A stretch of DNA of 24,944 bases from Longivirga aurantiaca. Its GTDB lineage: Bacteria > Actinomycetota > Actinomycetes > S36-B12 > CAIYMF01. The stretch lies in NCBI RefSeq assembly GCF_042660085.1, contig NZ_JBHSTI010000034.1, positions 1-24,944 on the forward strand, written 5' to 3'. Shown piece after piece: positions 12,924 through 20,036 of this stretch; within the stretch, counting starts at the first letter, position 1; each line of letters begins with the position of its first letter. The position numbers and the translations under genes are program-made. The notes under the pieces are model-generated. The model saw only the letters and a program-made list of their open reading frames with translations. It was not told where the DNA came from and ran no database searches.

Positions 12924-13967
12924 ATGGCTGCGACGACCCTGCTGGTGACCGACGACCCCGTGCTGACCGACCTCGTCCGCCGCGTGGTGGCCGTGACCGG
13001 ACGCGACCTCGAGGTGGTCGCCGACCCGCGGGGCGCGCGGGCGTCCTGGGCGCGCGCCGACGACGTGATCGTGGGCGGCGACGCCATCCGCGCATGCCTC
13101 GCCGCCGGGGTGCGGCGACGGCCCCGGGTGACTGTCGTGACCTCCGGCGACGCCGAGCTGCCGTGGCCCGAGGTGCTGGCGCTCGGCGCCGAGGCCGTGG
13201 TGCCGCTGCCGGCGGGCGAGGGGCAGCTGCTCGAACGCCTGGCGACGAGCGCGCACGCCGAGGGTGGCGGCCTCGTCGTGGGCGTCGTCGGCGGGAGCGG
13301 CGGCGCGGGCGCGAGCGTGCTGGCGGCGGCCCTGTGCCTCGCCGCGGTCCGGGCACGGCTCGCGCCGCTGCTGCTCGACGCCGACCCCGACGGCCCGGGC
13401 GCCGACCTCCTGCTCGGGGCCGAGGACGCGACCGGCGCCCGGTGGCGCGACCTGGCCGACGTGACCTCGGCCCTGGACCCCGCGAGCCTGCGGGCCGCCC
13501 TTCCGCAGGCGCACGGCGTGCACGTGCTCGCGGTGGACCGCGGCGACGGGCAGGCGCTGCCGCTCGCCGCGCTCGACCCCGTGGTGACGAGCGCCCGGCA
13601 CGCCTTCGACCTGGTCGTGCTCGACCTCGCCCGGGCCTCTGCTTCCGAGCGGGCCGCGGCGGCCTGCGACGTCGTCCTCCTCGTCGCGACCGGTGACGTG
13701 CGCGGTGCGACGTCGGCGGCGCGCACGGTGTCCCGGCTACGCGGCGAGGCGCCGCTGCGGCTGGTGGCCCGGCAGGTCCCGGGCGGGGGCCTGGATGGTC
13801 CGGCCCTCGCCGACTGGCTCGACCTCCCGTCGGCCGCCGACCTCGGGCACGACCCGCGCCTGCTCGCGTCGCTCGACCGCGGCGATCCGCCTGGCGCGGG
13901 CGGGCGGCTGGCGAAGGTGTGCGACCAGCTGCTGGCAGCGGTCCTCGGCGAGCGGGCCGCGGCATGA
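12924..13967 (+). CDS. ssd: Ssd / CpaE(TadZ)-like ParA-MinD-family protein of the helicase/secretion neighbourhood
   Basis: Internal ATG at 12924 of track ORF 11127..13967. It has an N-terminal receiver-like region, then a deviant P-loop VVGGSGGAGASVLAAAL, then DADPDGPG and VLDLAR. It is followed by tadA with an ATGA overlap. Confidence 0.85.
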   Translation: MAATTLLVTDDPVLTDLVRRVVAVTGRDLEVVADPRGARASWARADDVIVGGDAIRACLAAGVRRRPRVTVVTSGDAELPWPEVLALGAEAVVPLPAGEGQLLERLATSAHAEGGGLVVGVVGGSGGAGASVLAAALCLAAVRARLAPLLLDADPDGPGADLLLGAEDATGARWRDLADVTSALDPASLRAALPQAHGVHVLAVDRGDGQALPLAALDPVVTSARHAFDLVVLDLARASASERAAAACDVVLLVATGDVRGATSAARTVSRLRGEAPLRLVARQVPGGGLDGPALADWLDLPSAADLGHDPRLLASLDRGDPPGAGGRLAKVCDQLLAAVLGERAAA

Positions 13968-15130
13968 GCCCGGACTCCGACGTCCTCGACCGCGTGCGGA
14001 CCCGGCTGCTGGCCGCCGGTGTCGCCCCCACCGGCGCCGAGGTGGCGCGGGCACTGCGGGAGGACGGCGTGCTCCTCGGCGGCGACAGCCTGCTCGCCGA
14101 GGCCGAGCGCGTGCAGGCCGAGCTCTCCGGCGCCGGACCGCTCGAGCCGCTGCTGCGCACGCCCGACGTGACCGACGTCCTCGTCACCGCGCCGGACGAG
14201 GTGTGGGTCGACCGGGGCTCGGGCGTCGAGCGGGTGCCGGTGCGGTTCCGCGACGAGGCCGCCGTACGCCGGCTGGCGCAGCGCCTCGCCGCGAGCTGCG
14301 GCCGCCGGCTCGACGACGCCGTGCCCTACGTCGACGGACGGCTCCCGGACGGCACCCGGCTGCACGCGGTGCTGGCACCGGTGTCGGTCGGTGGCACCTG
14401 CCTGTCGCTGCGCGTGCCGCGCCGCCGCAGCTTCAGCCTCGACGAGCTCGTGGCCGCCGGGTCGATGCCGGCAGAGCTGGGCCCGTGGCTGCGCGCCGTG
14501 GTGCGCGCGCGGCTGGCGATCGTCGTGAGCGGCGGCACCGGCACGGGCAAGACCACGTGGGTCTCCATGCTCCTGGCCTCGTGCGACGCCCGGGACCGCA
14601 TCGTCGTGGTCGAGGATTCCGCCGAGCTCGTGCCCGACCATCCGCACGTCGTGCGGCTCGAGTCGCGGCCGCCCAACATCGAGGGCGCGGGTGCGATCAC
14701 CCTAAGGGACCTCGTGCGCCAGAGCCTGCGCATGCGGCCCGACCGCGTCGTGGTCGGCGAGGTGCGCGGTGCCGAGGTGGTCGACATGCTCGCCGCGTTC
14801 AACACCGGGCACGAGGGCGGGCTGACCACCGTGCACGCCAACAGCGCCGCCGACGTGCCCGCGAGGCTCGAGGCGCTGGCGCTGACCGGTGGGCTCGACC
14901 GCGTCGCAGCGCACGCGCAGATGGCGGCGGGCCTCGACGTCGTCGTCCATCTGCAGCGCGGCCGTGACGGAGTACGCCGCTGGGCCTCGGTCTCGGTCGC
15001 GCGCCGCGTCGGCGAGGTCACGGTGCTCGACGACGCGCTCCGGCGCTCCGGCACGGGCGGTCTCGAACCGGGCCCGGGGTACGCGCGGCTCGTCGACCGC
15101 CTCGGCAGCCACGCGCCGGTGCTCCCGTGA
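13964..15130 (+). CDS. tadA: TadA/CpaF-family secretion ATPase
   Basis: Walker A SGGTGTGKTT, Walker B IVVVEDSAEL, and the VGEVRGAEV and TGHEGGLTTVHAN boxes. I chose the ATG at 13964 because it overlaps the ssd stop. The track ORF starts 15 codons earlier. Confidence 0.9.
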   Translation: MSPDSDVLDRVRTRLLAAGVAPTGAEVARALREDGVLLGGDSLLAEAERVQAELSGAGPLEPLLRTPDVTDVLVTAPDEVWVDRGSGVERVPVRFRDEAAVRRLAQRLAASCGRRLDDAVPYVDGRLPDGTRLHAVLAPVSVGGTCLSLRVPRRRSFSLDELVAAGSMPAELGPWLRAVVRARLAIVVSGGTGTGKTTWVSMLLASCDARDRIVVVEDSAELVPDHPHVVRLESRPPNIEGAGAITLRDLVRQSLRMRPDRVVVGEVRGAEVVDMLAAFNTGHEGGLTTVHANSAADVPARLEALALTGGLDRVAAHAQMAAGLDVVVHLQRGRDGVRRWASVSVARRVGEVTVLDDALRRSGTGGLEPGPGYARLVDRLGSHAPVLP

Positions 15131-15786
15131 CCGCCATGGTGACGGCCGCCCTCGTCGCGGCTGCACTGGTGCTCGTGCTGCTGCCGGGCCGACCCCCTGC
15201 TCGGCACCGGCGTCGGTCGTGGGCCCCGTCGGTGCCTCGCCCGGCCCGGGCGGCCGAGCGTCGGCGGGCCGAGCTCGAGTGGGTGGAGGCGCTCGCGGCG
15301 GAGACCCGCGCGGGCCGCGACCCGGCGTCGGCCGTCGTCGCCGCGGGATCGGAGTCGATGCCCTCGCCCGCGATCGCCCGGGCCGTGGCGGCGGCCGGCG
15401 GCGGTGGCGACGTGGCAGCCGCGCTGCGGTCGCCCGACGGGGCGTCCGACCTCATGCGCGCCGTCGCCGCCTGCTGGGAGGTGGCGCACGGCTCGGGTGC
15501 GGGGCTCTCGGCGTCGCTCGCGGCGCTCGCCGACGCGGGGCGCGAGTCCGAGCGCGTGCGCCGCGACCTGCGCGCGGGGCTCGCCGAGCCCCGCGCCACA
15601 GCGGTCGTGCTGGCTGCGCTGCCCGTGGTCGGCCTCGGTCTCGGTGCCGGCCTCGGCGCGGATCCGTTCGCGTGGCTGCTGCGCACCGGGCCCGGCCTCG
15701 CGGTGCTCGCCGCCGGCGTCGCGCTGGAGCTCGTCGGCGTGCTGTGGTCGTGGCGGATCGTCACCGCTCTCGAGGCCGACCTGTGA
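15127..15786 (+). CDS. tadB: TadB-like type II secretion system F-family membrane protein
   Basis: 219 aa with an N-terminal TM helix, a central soluble region and C-terminal TM helices. GTGA overlap with tadA. Position within the tad operon. Confidence 0.8.
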   Translation: MTAMVTAALVAAALVLVLLPGRPPARHRRRSWAPSVPRPARAAERRRAELEWVEALAAETRAGRDPASAVVAAGSESMPSPAIARAVAAAGGGGDVAAALRSPDGASDLMRAVAACWEVAHGSGAGLSASLAALADAGRESERVRRDLRAGLAEPRATAVVLAALPVVGLGLGAGLGADPFAWLLRTGPGLAVLAAGVALELVGVLWSWRIVTALEADL

Positions 15787-16496
15787 CGCCGCTGATCCCG
15801 GTGCTGCTCGCCGTCGCTCTCGCGCTGGTCGCCGCCGCGACGCCGGCGATCGTTCCGTCCGGGCGGTCGACCACGCGCACAGCGAGGGCCCGGCCGTCGC
15901 TTCCCCGACCCGGCGCCCGGAGCGCTGCGGTCGTGGTCGCGCTCGGGGCCGCGATGCTCATCGGCGGTGCGGGCGGGGCCGCGCTCGGGATCGCGCTCGG
16001 TGTCGCGACGTGGGTGGTGGTACCCCGGCTGCAGACCTCGGCGGACCGGTCGCGGCGGCTCGAGCTCGCGCGGCAGGCGCCGCTCGTGGTCGACCTCCTG
16101 GCCGCCTGCCTCGCCTCGGGAGCCTCCGTGGAGGCCGCCGTCGCCGCCGCGTCTCGCGCCGTCCCCGGGGCCGCCGGCGACGTCCTGTCCACAGCGACCG
16201 CTGCCCTGCGGCTCGGGGCCGACCCCGTCGATGTGTGGCACACCGTCGGCGAGCTGCCCGAGCTCGCCGGCCTCGCCCGCGCAGCCGCGCGGTCGGCGGC
16301 CACCGGCGCCCCGCTCGCAACCCTGCTGCCGCGGGTGGCCGACGACCTGCGCGCGACCCACCGCTCCGAGGTGGAGGCGCGCACCCGCACCGCAGCCGTC
16401 CGCCTGACCGCTCCGCTCGGCGTCGCGTTCCTGCCGGCGTTCGTGCTGCTCGGCGTCGTGCCCGTCGTCGCGTCCTGGGTGGGCACCCTGCTCTGA
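15783..16496 (+). CDS. tadC: TadC-like type II secretion system F-family membrane protein
   Basis: Internal GTG at 15783 of track ORF 14889..16496, overlapping the tadB stop (GTGA). Same topology as tadB: N-terminal and C-terminal TM helices flanking a soluble helical domain. Confidence 0.8.
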   Translation: MTPLIPVLLAVALALVAAATPAIVPSGRSTTRTARARPSLPRPGARSAAVVVALGAAMLIGGAGGAALGIALGVATWVVVPRLQTSADRSRRLELARQAPLVVDLLAACLASGASVEAAVAAASRAVPGAAGDVLSTATAALRLGADPVDVWHTVGELPELAGLARAAARSAATGAPLATLLPRVADDLRATHRSEVEARTRTAAVRLTAPLGVAFLPAFVLLGVVPVVASWVGTLL

Positions 16497-16513
16497 CCGA
16501 CCGCCTCCGCCGT

Positions 16514-16548
16514 GCAGGGCCGTCGACCGCTCCGGTCGGCGGCCCTGC
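16514..16548 (+). terminator. Strong GC hairpin (16-bp stem with one U-G pair, 3-nt loop) 18 nt after the tadC stop
   Basis: GCAGGGCCGTCGACCG-CTC-CGGTCGGCGGCCCTGC. No U-tract. It separates the tadABC genes from the pilin genes. Confidence 0.45.
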
Positions 16549-16576
16549 GGCGTGCCCGGTGCCGGATGCCCGGGTC

Positions 16577-16613
16577 TCGTCCACAGCCGGGTGCAGCACC
16601 TGCTTCTCCACAG
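16577..16613 (+). promoter_or_regulatory. Second direct-repeat pair (TCGTCCACAG and TTCTCCACAG, 27 bp start to start), upstream of flp
   Basis: Copies at 16577-16586 and 16604-16613. The first copy shares the 12-mer TCGTCCACAGCC with the site at 12834-12845. Confidence 0.45.
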
Positions 16614-16704
16614 CGGCGGCCCTCGGCGCCAGCGGCAGCGTCGCGCCCCCGGACAGCGTGCGGTCGCCGGCGACGGTCGCCGGCCACCACCGCGAGGAGA
16701 TCCC

Positions 16705-16944
16705 ATGACCCATCGACACGCCGCTGTCGTCCGTCCGTCCCTGTCGGCCCGCGCGGCCCGCCTGCGTCGCCTCCGGGGCGACGAGGGAGCCGCCACCGCC
16801 GAGTACGCCGTCGTCTCGGTGGCTGCCGCCGGCCTCGGCGGCATCCTCATCAAGCTGCTCACCAGCGACTGGTTCCTCGAGATCCTCAAGAAGATCCTCG
16901 CCTGGATCATCACGCTCGTGCTCCAGCTGTTCGGCATCGGCTGA
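16705..16944 (+). CDS. flp: Flp-type prepilin (DUF4244 family)
   Basis: ATG at 16705, preceded by GAGGAGA. The Flp processing motif is G/AATAEYAVV, followed by a hydrophobic helix (SVAAAGLGGILIKLL). The longer track ORF from 16552 has no RBS and an implausible N-terminus. Confidence 0.85.
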   Translation: MTHRHAAVVRPSLSARAARLRRLRGDEGAATAEYAVVSVAAAGLGGILIKLLTSDWFLEILKKILAWIITLVLQLFGIG

Positions 16945-16945
16945 G

Positions 16946-17356
16946 ATGAGCCGGTCGCTCCGCGCCCCGGGGGCCGCACGGCTCCCGGGGCGCGCCCCGG
17001 CCGACACCGGTGCGGTGACGGTCGAGGCCGCGGTCTCGCTGCTCGCCCTCGCCGGCGTCGTCGGGATGCTGCTGTTCGGGCTCGGTCTGCTCGGTGCTCA
17101 GCTGGCCGTCGGCGAGGCGTCCCGGTCGGCAGCCAGGGCCGCCGCCCGTGGCGAATCCCCGGTGGCCGTGGCCGTCGAGGCGCGTCGCCTCGCACCCGGT
17201 GCCGAGGTGGTCCTCCGTAGATCGGGCGACCGTGTCGAGGTCGAGGTGGTCCGGCTCGTCACGCCACCCGGCCTGCTCGCCCGGCTCGGCCCGTTCCGGC
17301 TCGCCGCGGTCAGCACGGCGGCGGTCGAGCCGGTCGTGTCCGAGGCGGCGCCGTGA
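16946..17356 (+). CDS. tadE: TadE-family minor pilin / pilus assembly protein
   Basis: N-terminal TadE motif GAVTVEAAVSLLALAGVVGMLLF. It starts 2 nt after flp. Confidence 0.8.
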   Translation: MSRSLRAPGAARLPGRAPADTGAVTVEAAVSLLALAGVVGMLLFGLGLLGAQLAVGEASRSAARAAARGESPVAVAVEARRLAPGAEVVLRRSGDRVEVEVVRLVTPPGLLARLGPFRLAAVSTAAVEPVVSEAAP

Positions 17357-17733
17357 TGCGCGGCGGCCGATGTCGCGGCGACTCCGGCGCGGCGTCGGTG
17401 TGGGCGGTCTCGCTCGTCGCCCTCCTCGCCGTAGCACTGCTCGTGATCGCCCTCGTCGTCGACGTGCTCGCGGCGCGATCCCGCGCCTCGGCCGCCGCGG
17501 ATCTCGCGGCCCTCGCGGCCGCGCCCGCCGCCGCGGCGGGGTCGCCCTCGGCCTGCCCGATCGCGGCCTCCGTGGCCGCCGCGAACGGCGCGCGCCTGAC
17601 GTCGTGCGAGGTGTCGTCCGGCGAGGTGCGCGTGGTCGCGCAGGTGGTGTGGAGCGGTCCGTGGCGACGCGCGATGGCATTGCTCGCGGACGTGCCGGGG
17701 GCGCAGGCCGGTGCGCGCGCAGGTCTCCGCTAG
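17353..17733 (+). CDS. Second TadE-like protein (Rv3654c-type; helicase/secretion neighbourhood TadE-like)
   Basis: N-terminus GDSGAASVWAVSLVALLAVALLV. GTGA overlap with tadE. Two Cys (SACPIA, TSCEV). Confidence 0.7.
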   Translation: MMRGGRCRGDSGAASVWAVSLVALLAVALLVIALVVDVLAARSRASAAADLAALAAAPAAAAGSPSACPIAASVAAANGARLTSCEVSSGEVRVVAQVVWSGPWRRAMALLADVPGAQAGARAGLR

Positions 17734-19067
17734 AGCGTCAGGCCGCGGGGGATGAGGCGGTTCTCGTAGGCCTGGCGCTCGAGGTCCGCACGGAAGTCGG
17801 GGTGCGCGATGGAGATGAGCGCACGCGCCCGCTCGGGCACCGACTTCCCCTTGAGGTTCACGAGGCCGAACTCCGTCACCACGCACATCACGTCGGTGCG
17901 CGGCGTCGTGATCACGGTGCCGGGCTTGTGGTCGAGCACGATGCGGCTCTTGCGCTCGCCCTTGCGTTCGTACGTCGAGGTCAGGCACATGAACGACGTG
18001 CCCTCGTGCGAGGCGTACGCGCCGCGGACGAACTGCAGCTGGCCGCCGGTGCCGCTGATCTGGCGGTGGCCGTCGGACTCCGAGGCCGCCTGGCCCGTGA
18101 GGTCGACGGCGGTCGTGCTGTTGATCGAGACCACGCGGTCGTTCTGCGCGACGACGTGCGGCAGGTTGGTGCGCTCGACCGGGAGGCACACGAGGTCGCG
18201 GTTGCGGTCGATCGCGTCGTACAGCGCCTGACCGCCGAGCGCGAAGCTGTAGCCGATCCGCCCCGGCTGCAGGGTCTTGCGCGTACCCGTGATCTTGCCG
18301 GCGCGGTAGAGGTCGATGATCCCGTCGGTGAGCATCTCGCTGTGCACACCGAGGTCGGTCACGCCGCTGTCGAGCAGCAGCGAGCAGACCGCGTTGGGCA
18401 TCGCGCCGATGCCGATCTGCAGGCACGAGCCGTCGAGCACCTCGGCCGCGATGAGCCGTGCGACTGCTGCGTCGGCCTCGGTCGCCGGGGGGTTGGCGAG
18501 CAGCGGCGGCGGGCCGTCGTCGCCCGCGATGATGAGGTCGACCTCGCTGAGGTGGAGCGCGTTGTCCTCGCCGTAGGCGTAGGGCAGGCCGGGCGTCTCC
18601 TCCACGATCACGAGCCGCGCGCGCTCGGCGACCGCGCGGTGCCAGAGGTTGGCCGGCCCCAGGTTGAAGTAGCCGTCGGCGTCGATCGGGCAGGTCTTGA
18701 TGACGAGCACGTCGACGGGGTCGATGAAGCGGCGGTAGTAGTCGGGGATCTCGCCGAGGTTCACAGGCAGGTACGACGCGCGGCCGGCGTCGGCCTTCGC
18801 GCGGTCGTAGCCGCTCATGTGCAGGCTGAACCAGTAGAAGTGCTCGCCCTCGGGGTCGGCCTCGAGCACCGCGCGCGGACGCGTGGTGATGCACGACCGG
18901 ATCTTCACCTGGGTGAGCTCGTCCTTGCGGGCGGCCAGCGCCCGGTCGAAGGCGTCGGGCTGGGCGAGCACCGCGCCGTAGTCGACCCAGTCGCCGGAGC
19001 GGACGACGGCCGCCGCCTCCTCCGCCGAGACTCGTCGGGCCGGAGCCGCGGACGTGCGTACCGACAT
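17730..19067 (-). CDS. Acetyl-CoA hydrolase/transferase family enzyme (butyryl-CoA:acetate / 4-hydroxybutyrate CoA-transferase-like)
   Basis: 445 aa with family motifs LQIGIGAMPNAV, HSEMLTDG and SGTGGQLQFVRGA. A strong GGAGGGAG RBS lies 7 nt upstream of the ATG. Confidence 0.9.
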   Translation of the reverse strand: MSVRTSAAPARRVSAEEAAAVVRSGDWVDYGAVLAQPDAFDRALAARKDELTQVKIRSCITTRPRAVLEADPEGEHFYWFSLHMSGYDRAKADAGRASYLPVNLGEIPDYYRRFIDPVDVLVIKTCPIDADGYFNLGPANLWHRAVAERARLVIVEETPGLPYAYGEDNALHLSEVDLIIAGDDGPPPLLANPPATEADAAVARLIAAEVLDGSCLQIGIGAMPNAVCSLLLDSGVTDLGVHSEMLTDGIIDLYRAGKITGTRKTLQPGRIGYSFALGGQALYDAIDRNRDLVCLPVERTNLPHVVAQNDRVVSINSTTAVDLTGQAASESDGHRQISGTGGQLQFVRGAYASHEGTSFMCLTSTYERKGERKSRIVLDHKPGTVITTPRTDVMCVVTEFGLVNLKGKSVPERARALISIAHPDFRADLERQAYENRLIPRGLTL

Positions 19068-19184
19068 GCAGTGCTCCCTCCGACCACCGCCCGTGCGGCA
19101 GTGCCGAGAGTAGAGACCGCCGGAGCTGCGCGCCGCCGGACACGGACTTCGCTCGTCGGCTGGGGCCTCTCGCTCGCCGCGCGG

Positions 19185-19958
19185 TCAGGCGGCTGGTGCC
19201 GCACCGCTCACGGTGGTGAGCGGCGACCGGATCGCGTCGACGAGCACCTCGTCCGCCTCCACCCGCGCGCCGGGCCAGACGACGCAGCGCGTGATCGTGC
19301 CCTCGACCACCGCGGTGGGGTCGACGACGTTCGCGCCGCCCGACACGTGCAGGTTGGCGCGCAGGTAGTCGGCGGCGGTGCCGCAGTCGATCGACGTGCC
19401 CCGCGCCTCGACCAGCTCGAGCAGGCCAGCGTCGTACGCCGGCTTCCAGGCCAGGGAGTAGAGGCCGCACGGCTCGTCGGGAAGCGTGGCGGCGATACGG
19501 GCCGGCAGCAGCGAGACGCCGAGGAACTTCAGGTCGCCGAAGTCGCTCGCATGGTCCTCGCGCCGCACGAGCAGGCGCGGCTGCGCGCCCGTCCAGCCCT
19601 CGACCAGCAGCGCGAGGTCGTCGTCGACGAACGAGTCGGCGTTGTGCACCAGCACGTGCCGGCCGTCGATCCATGGGCGCAGCCGTCCGAGCGCACCCGC
19701 CGTACCGAGGCGCTCGCCGCTCTCGACCGACACGTGCACGCGGCCGCGCAGGTGCTCGACGAGCGCCGGCGCCGACTCGTGCGCGTTGACCGCCACCGAC
19801 GACACGTGCGGCGTCACGCGGTCGATCGCCCAGTCGACGAGCGGGCGGTTGCCGACCGGGCACATCGCCTTGGGCAGCTCGTACGTCAGCGGCCGCAGCC
19901 GCGTGCCCGCACCCGCGGCCAGCACGACACCGGCGAGGTCGTCCCGAGGCACGGTCAT
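19185..19958 (-). CDS. Sugar-phosphate nucleotidyltransferase (NTP_transferase family)
   Basis: Start at ATG 19958 (MTVPRDDLAGVVLAAGAGTRLRPLTYELPKAM, containing the GxGTRL signature). The 24-codon upstream extension in the track (TTG 20030) uses AT-ending codons and crosses the inverted repeat. Confidence 0.85.
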   Translation of the reverse strand: MTVPRDDLAGVVLAAGAGTRLRPLTYELPKAMCPVGNRPLVDWAIDRVTPHVSSVAVNAHESAPALVEHLRGRVHVSVESGERLGTAGALGRLRPWIDGRHVLVHNADSFVDDDLALLVEGWTGAQPRLLVRREDHASDFGDLKFLGVSLLPARIAATLPDEPCGLYSLAWKPAYDAGLLELVEARGTSIDCGTAADYLRANLHVSGGANVVDPTAVVEGTITRCVVWPGARVEADEVLVDAIRSPLTTVSGAAPAA

Positions 19959-19980
19959 GCCGTCGATCCAACTCGATCCG

Positions 19981-20036
19981 CCCGATTTGGTAGTGGAAAG
20001 TCGGCGTATAGCGCGAGATTCCCCTACCAAATCGGG
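19981..20036. repeat. AT-rich inverted repeat: 17-bp arms matching at 16/17 positions (core CCCGATTTGGTAG), 22-nt spacer
   Basis: The left arm (19981-19997, CCCGATTTGGTAGTGGA) matches the reverse complement of the right arm (20020-20036, CCCGATTTGGTAGGGGA). It abuts the helicase stop codon and lies 22 nt upstream of the nucleotidyltransferase ATG. Confidence 0.9.

Noticed and set aside
8872-14187. 1771-aa minus-strand ORF spanning several genes
   Set aside because: It is extremely rich in Arg, Pro, Ala and Gly, has no motifs, and runs antisense or out of frame to well-supported genes (paralogs, HAD, ssd, tadA). This is a typical stop-codon-poor artefact of high-GC DNA.
16552-16704. Longer 130-aa form of the flp ORF
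   Set aside because: The upstream part is Arg/Pro-rich with no RBS. ATG 16705 has a strong GAGGAGA RBS and gives a canonical Flp prepilin.
19959-20030. 24-codon upstream extension (TTG start) of the nucleotidyltransferase
   Set aside because: Its codons are AT-ending, unlike the rest of the gene, and the stretch is the inverted-repeat element. The GxGTRL motif follows ATG 19958 at the usual distance.
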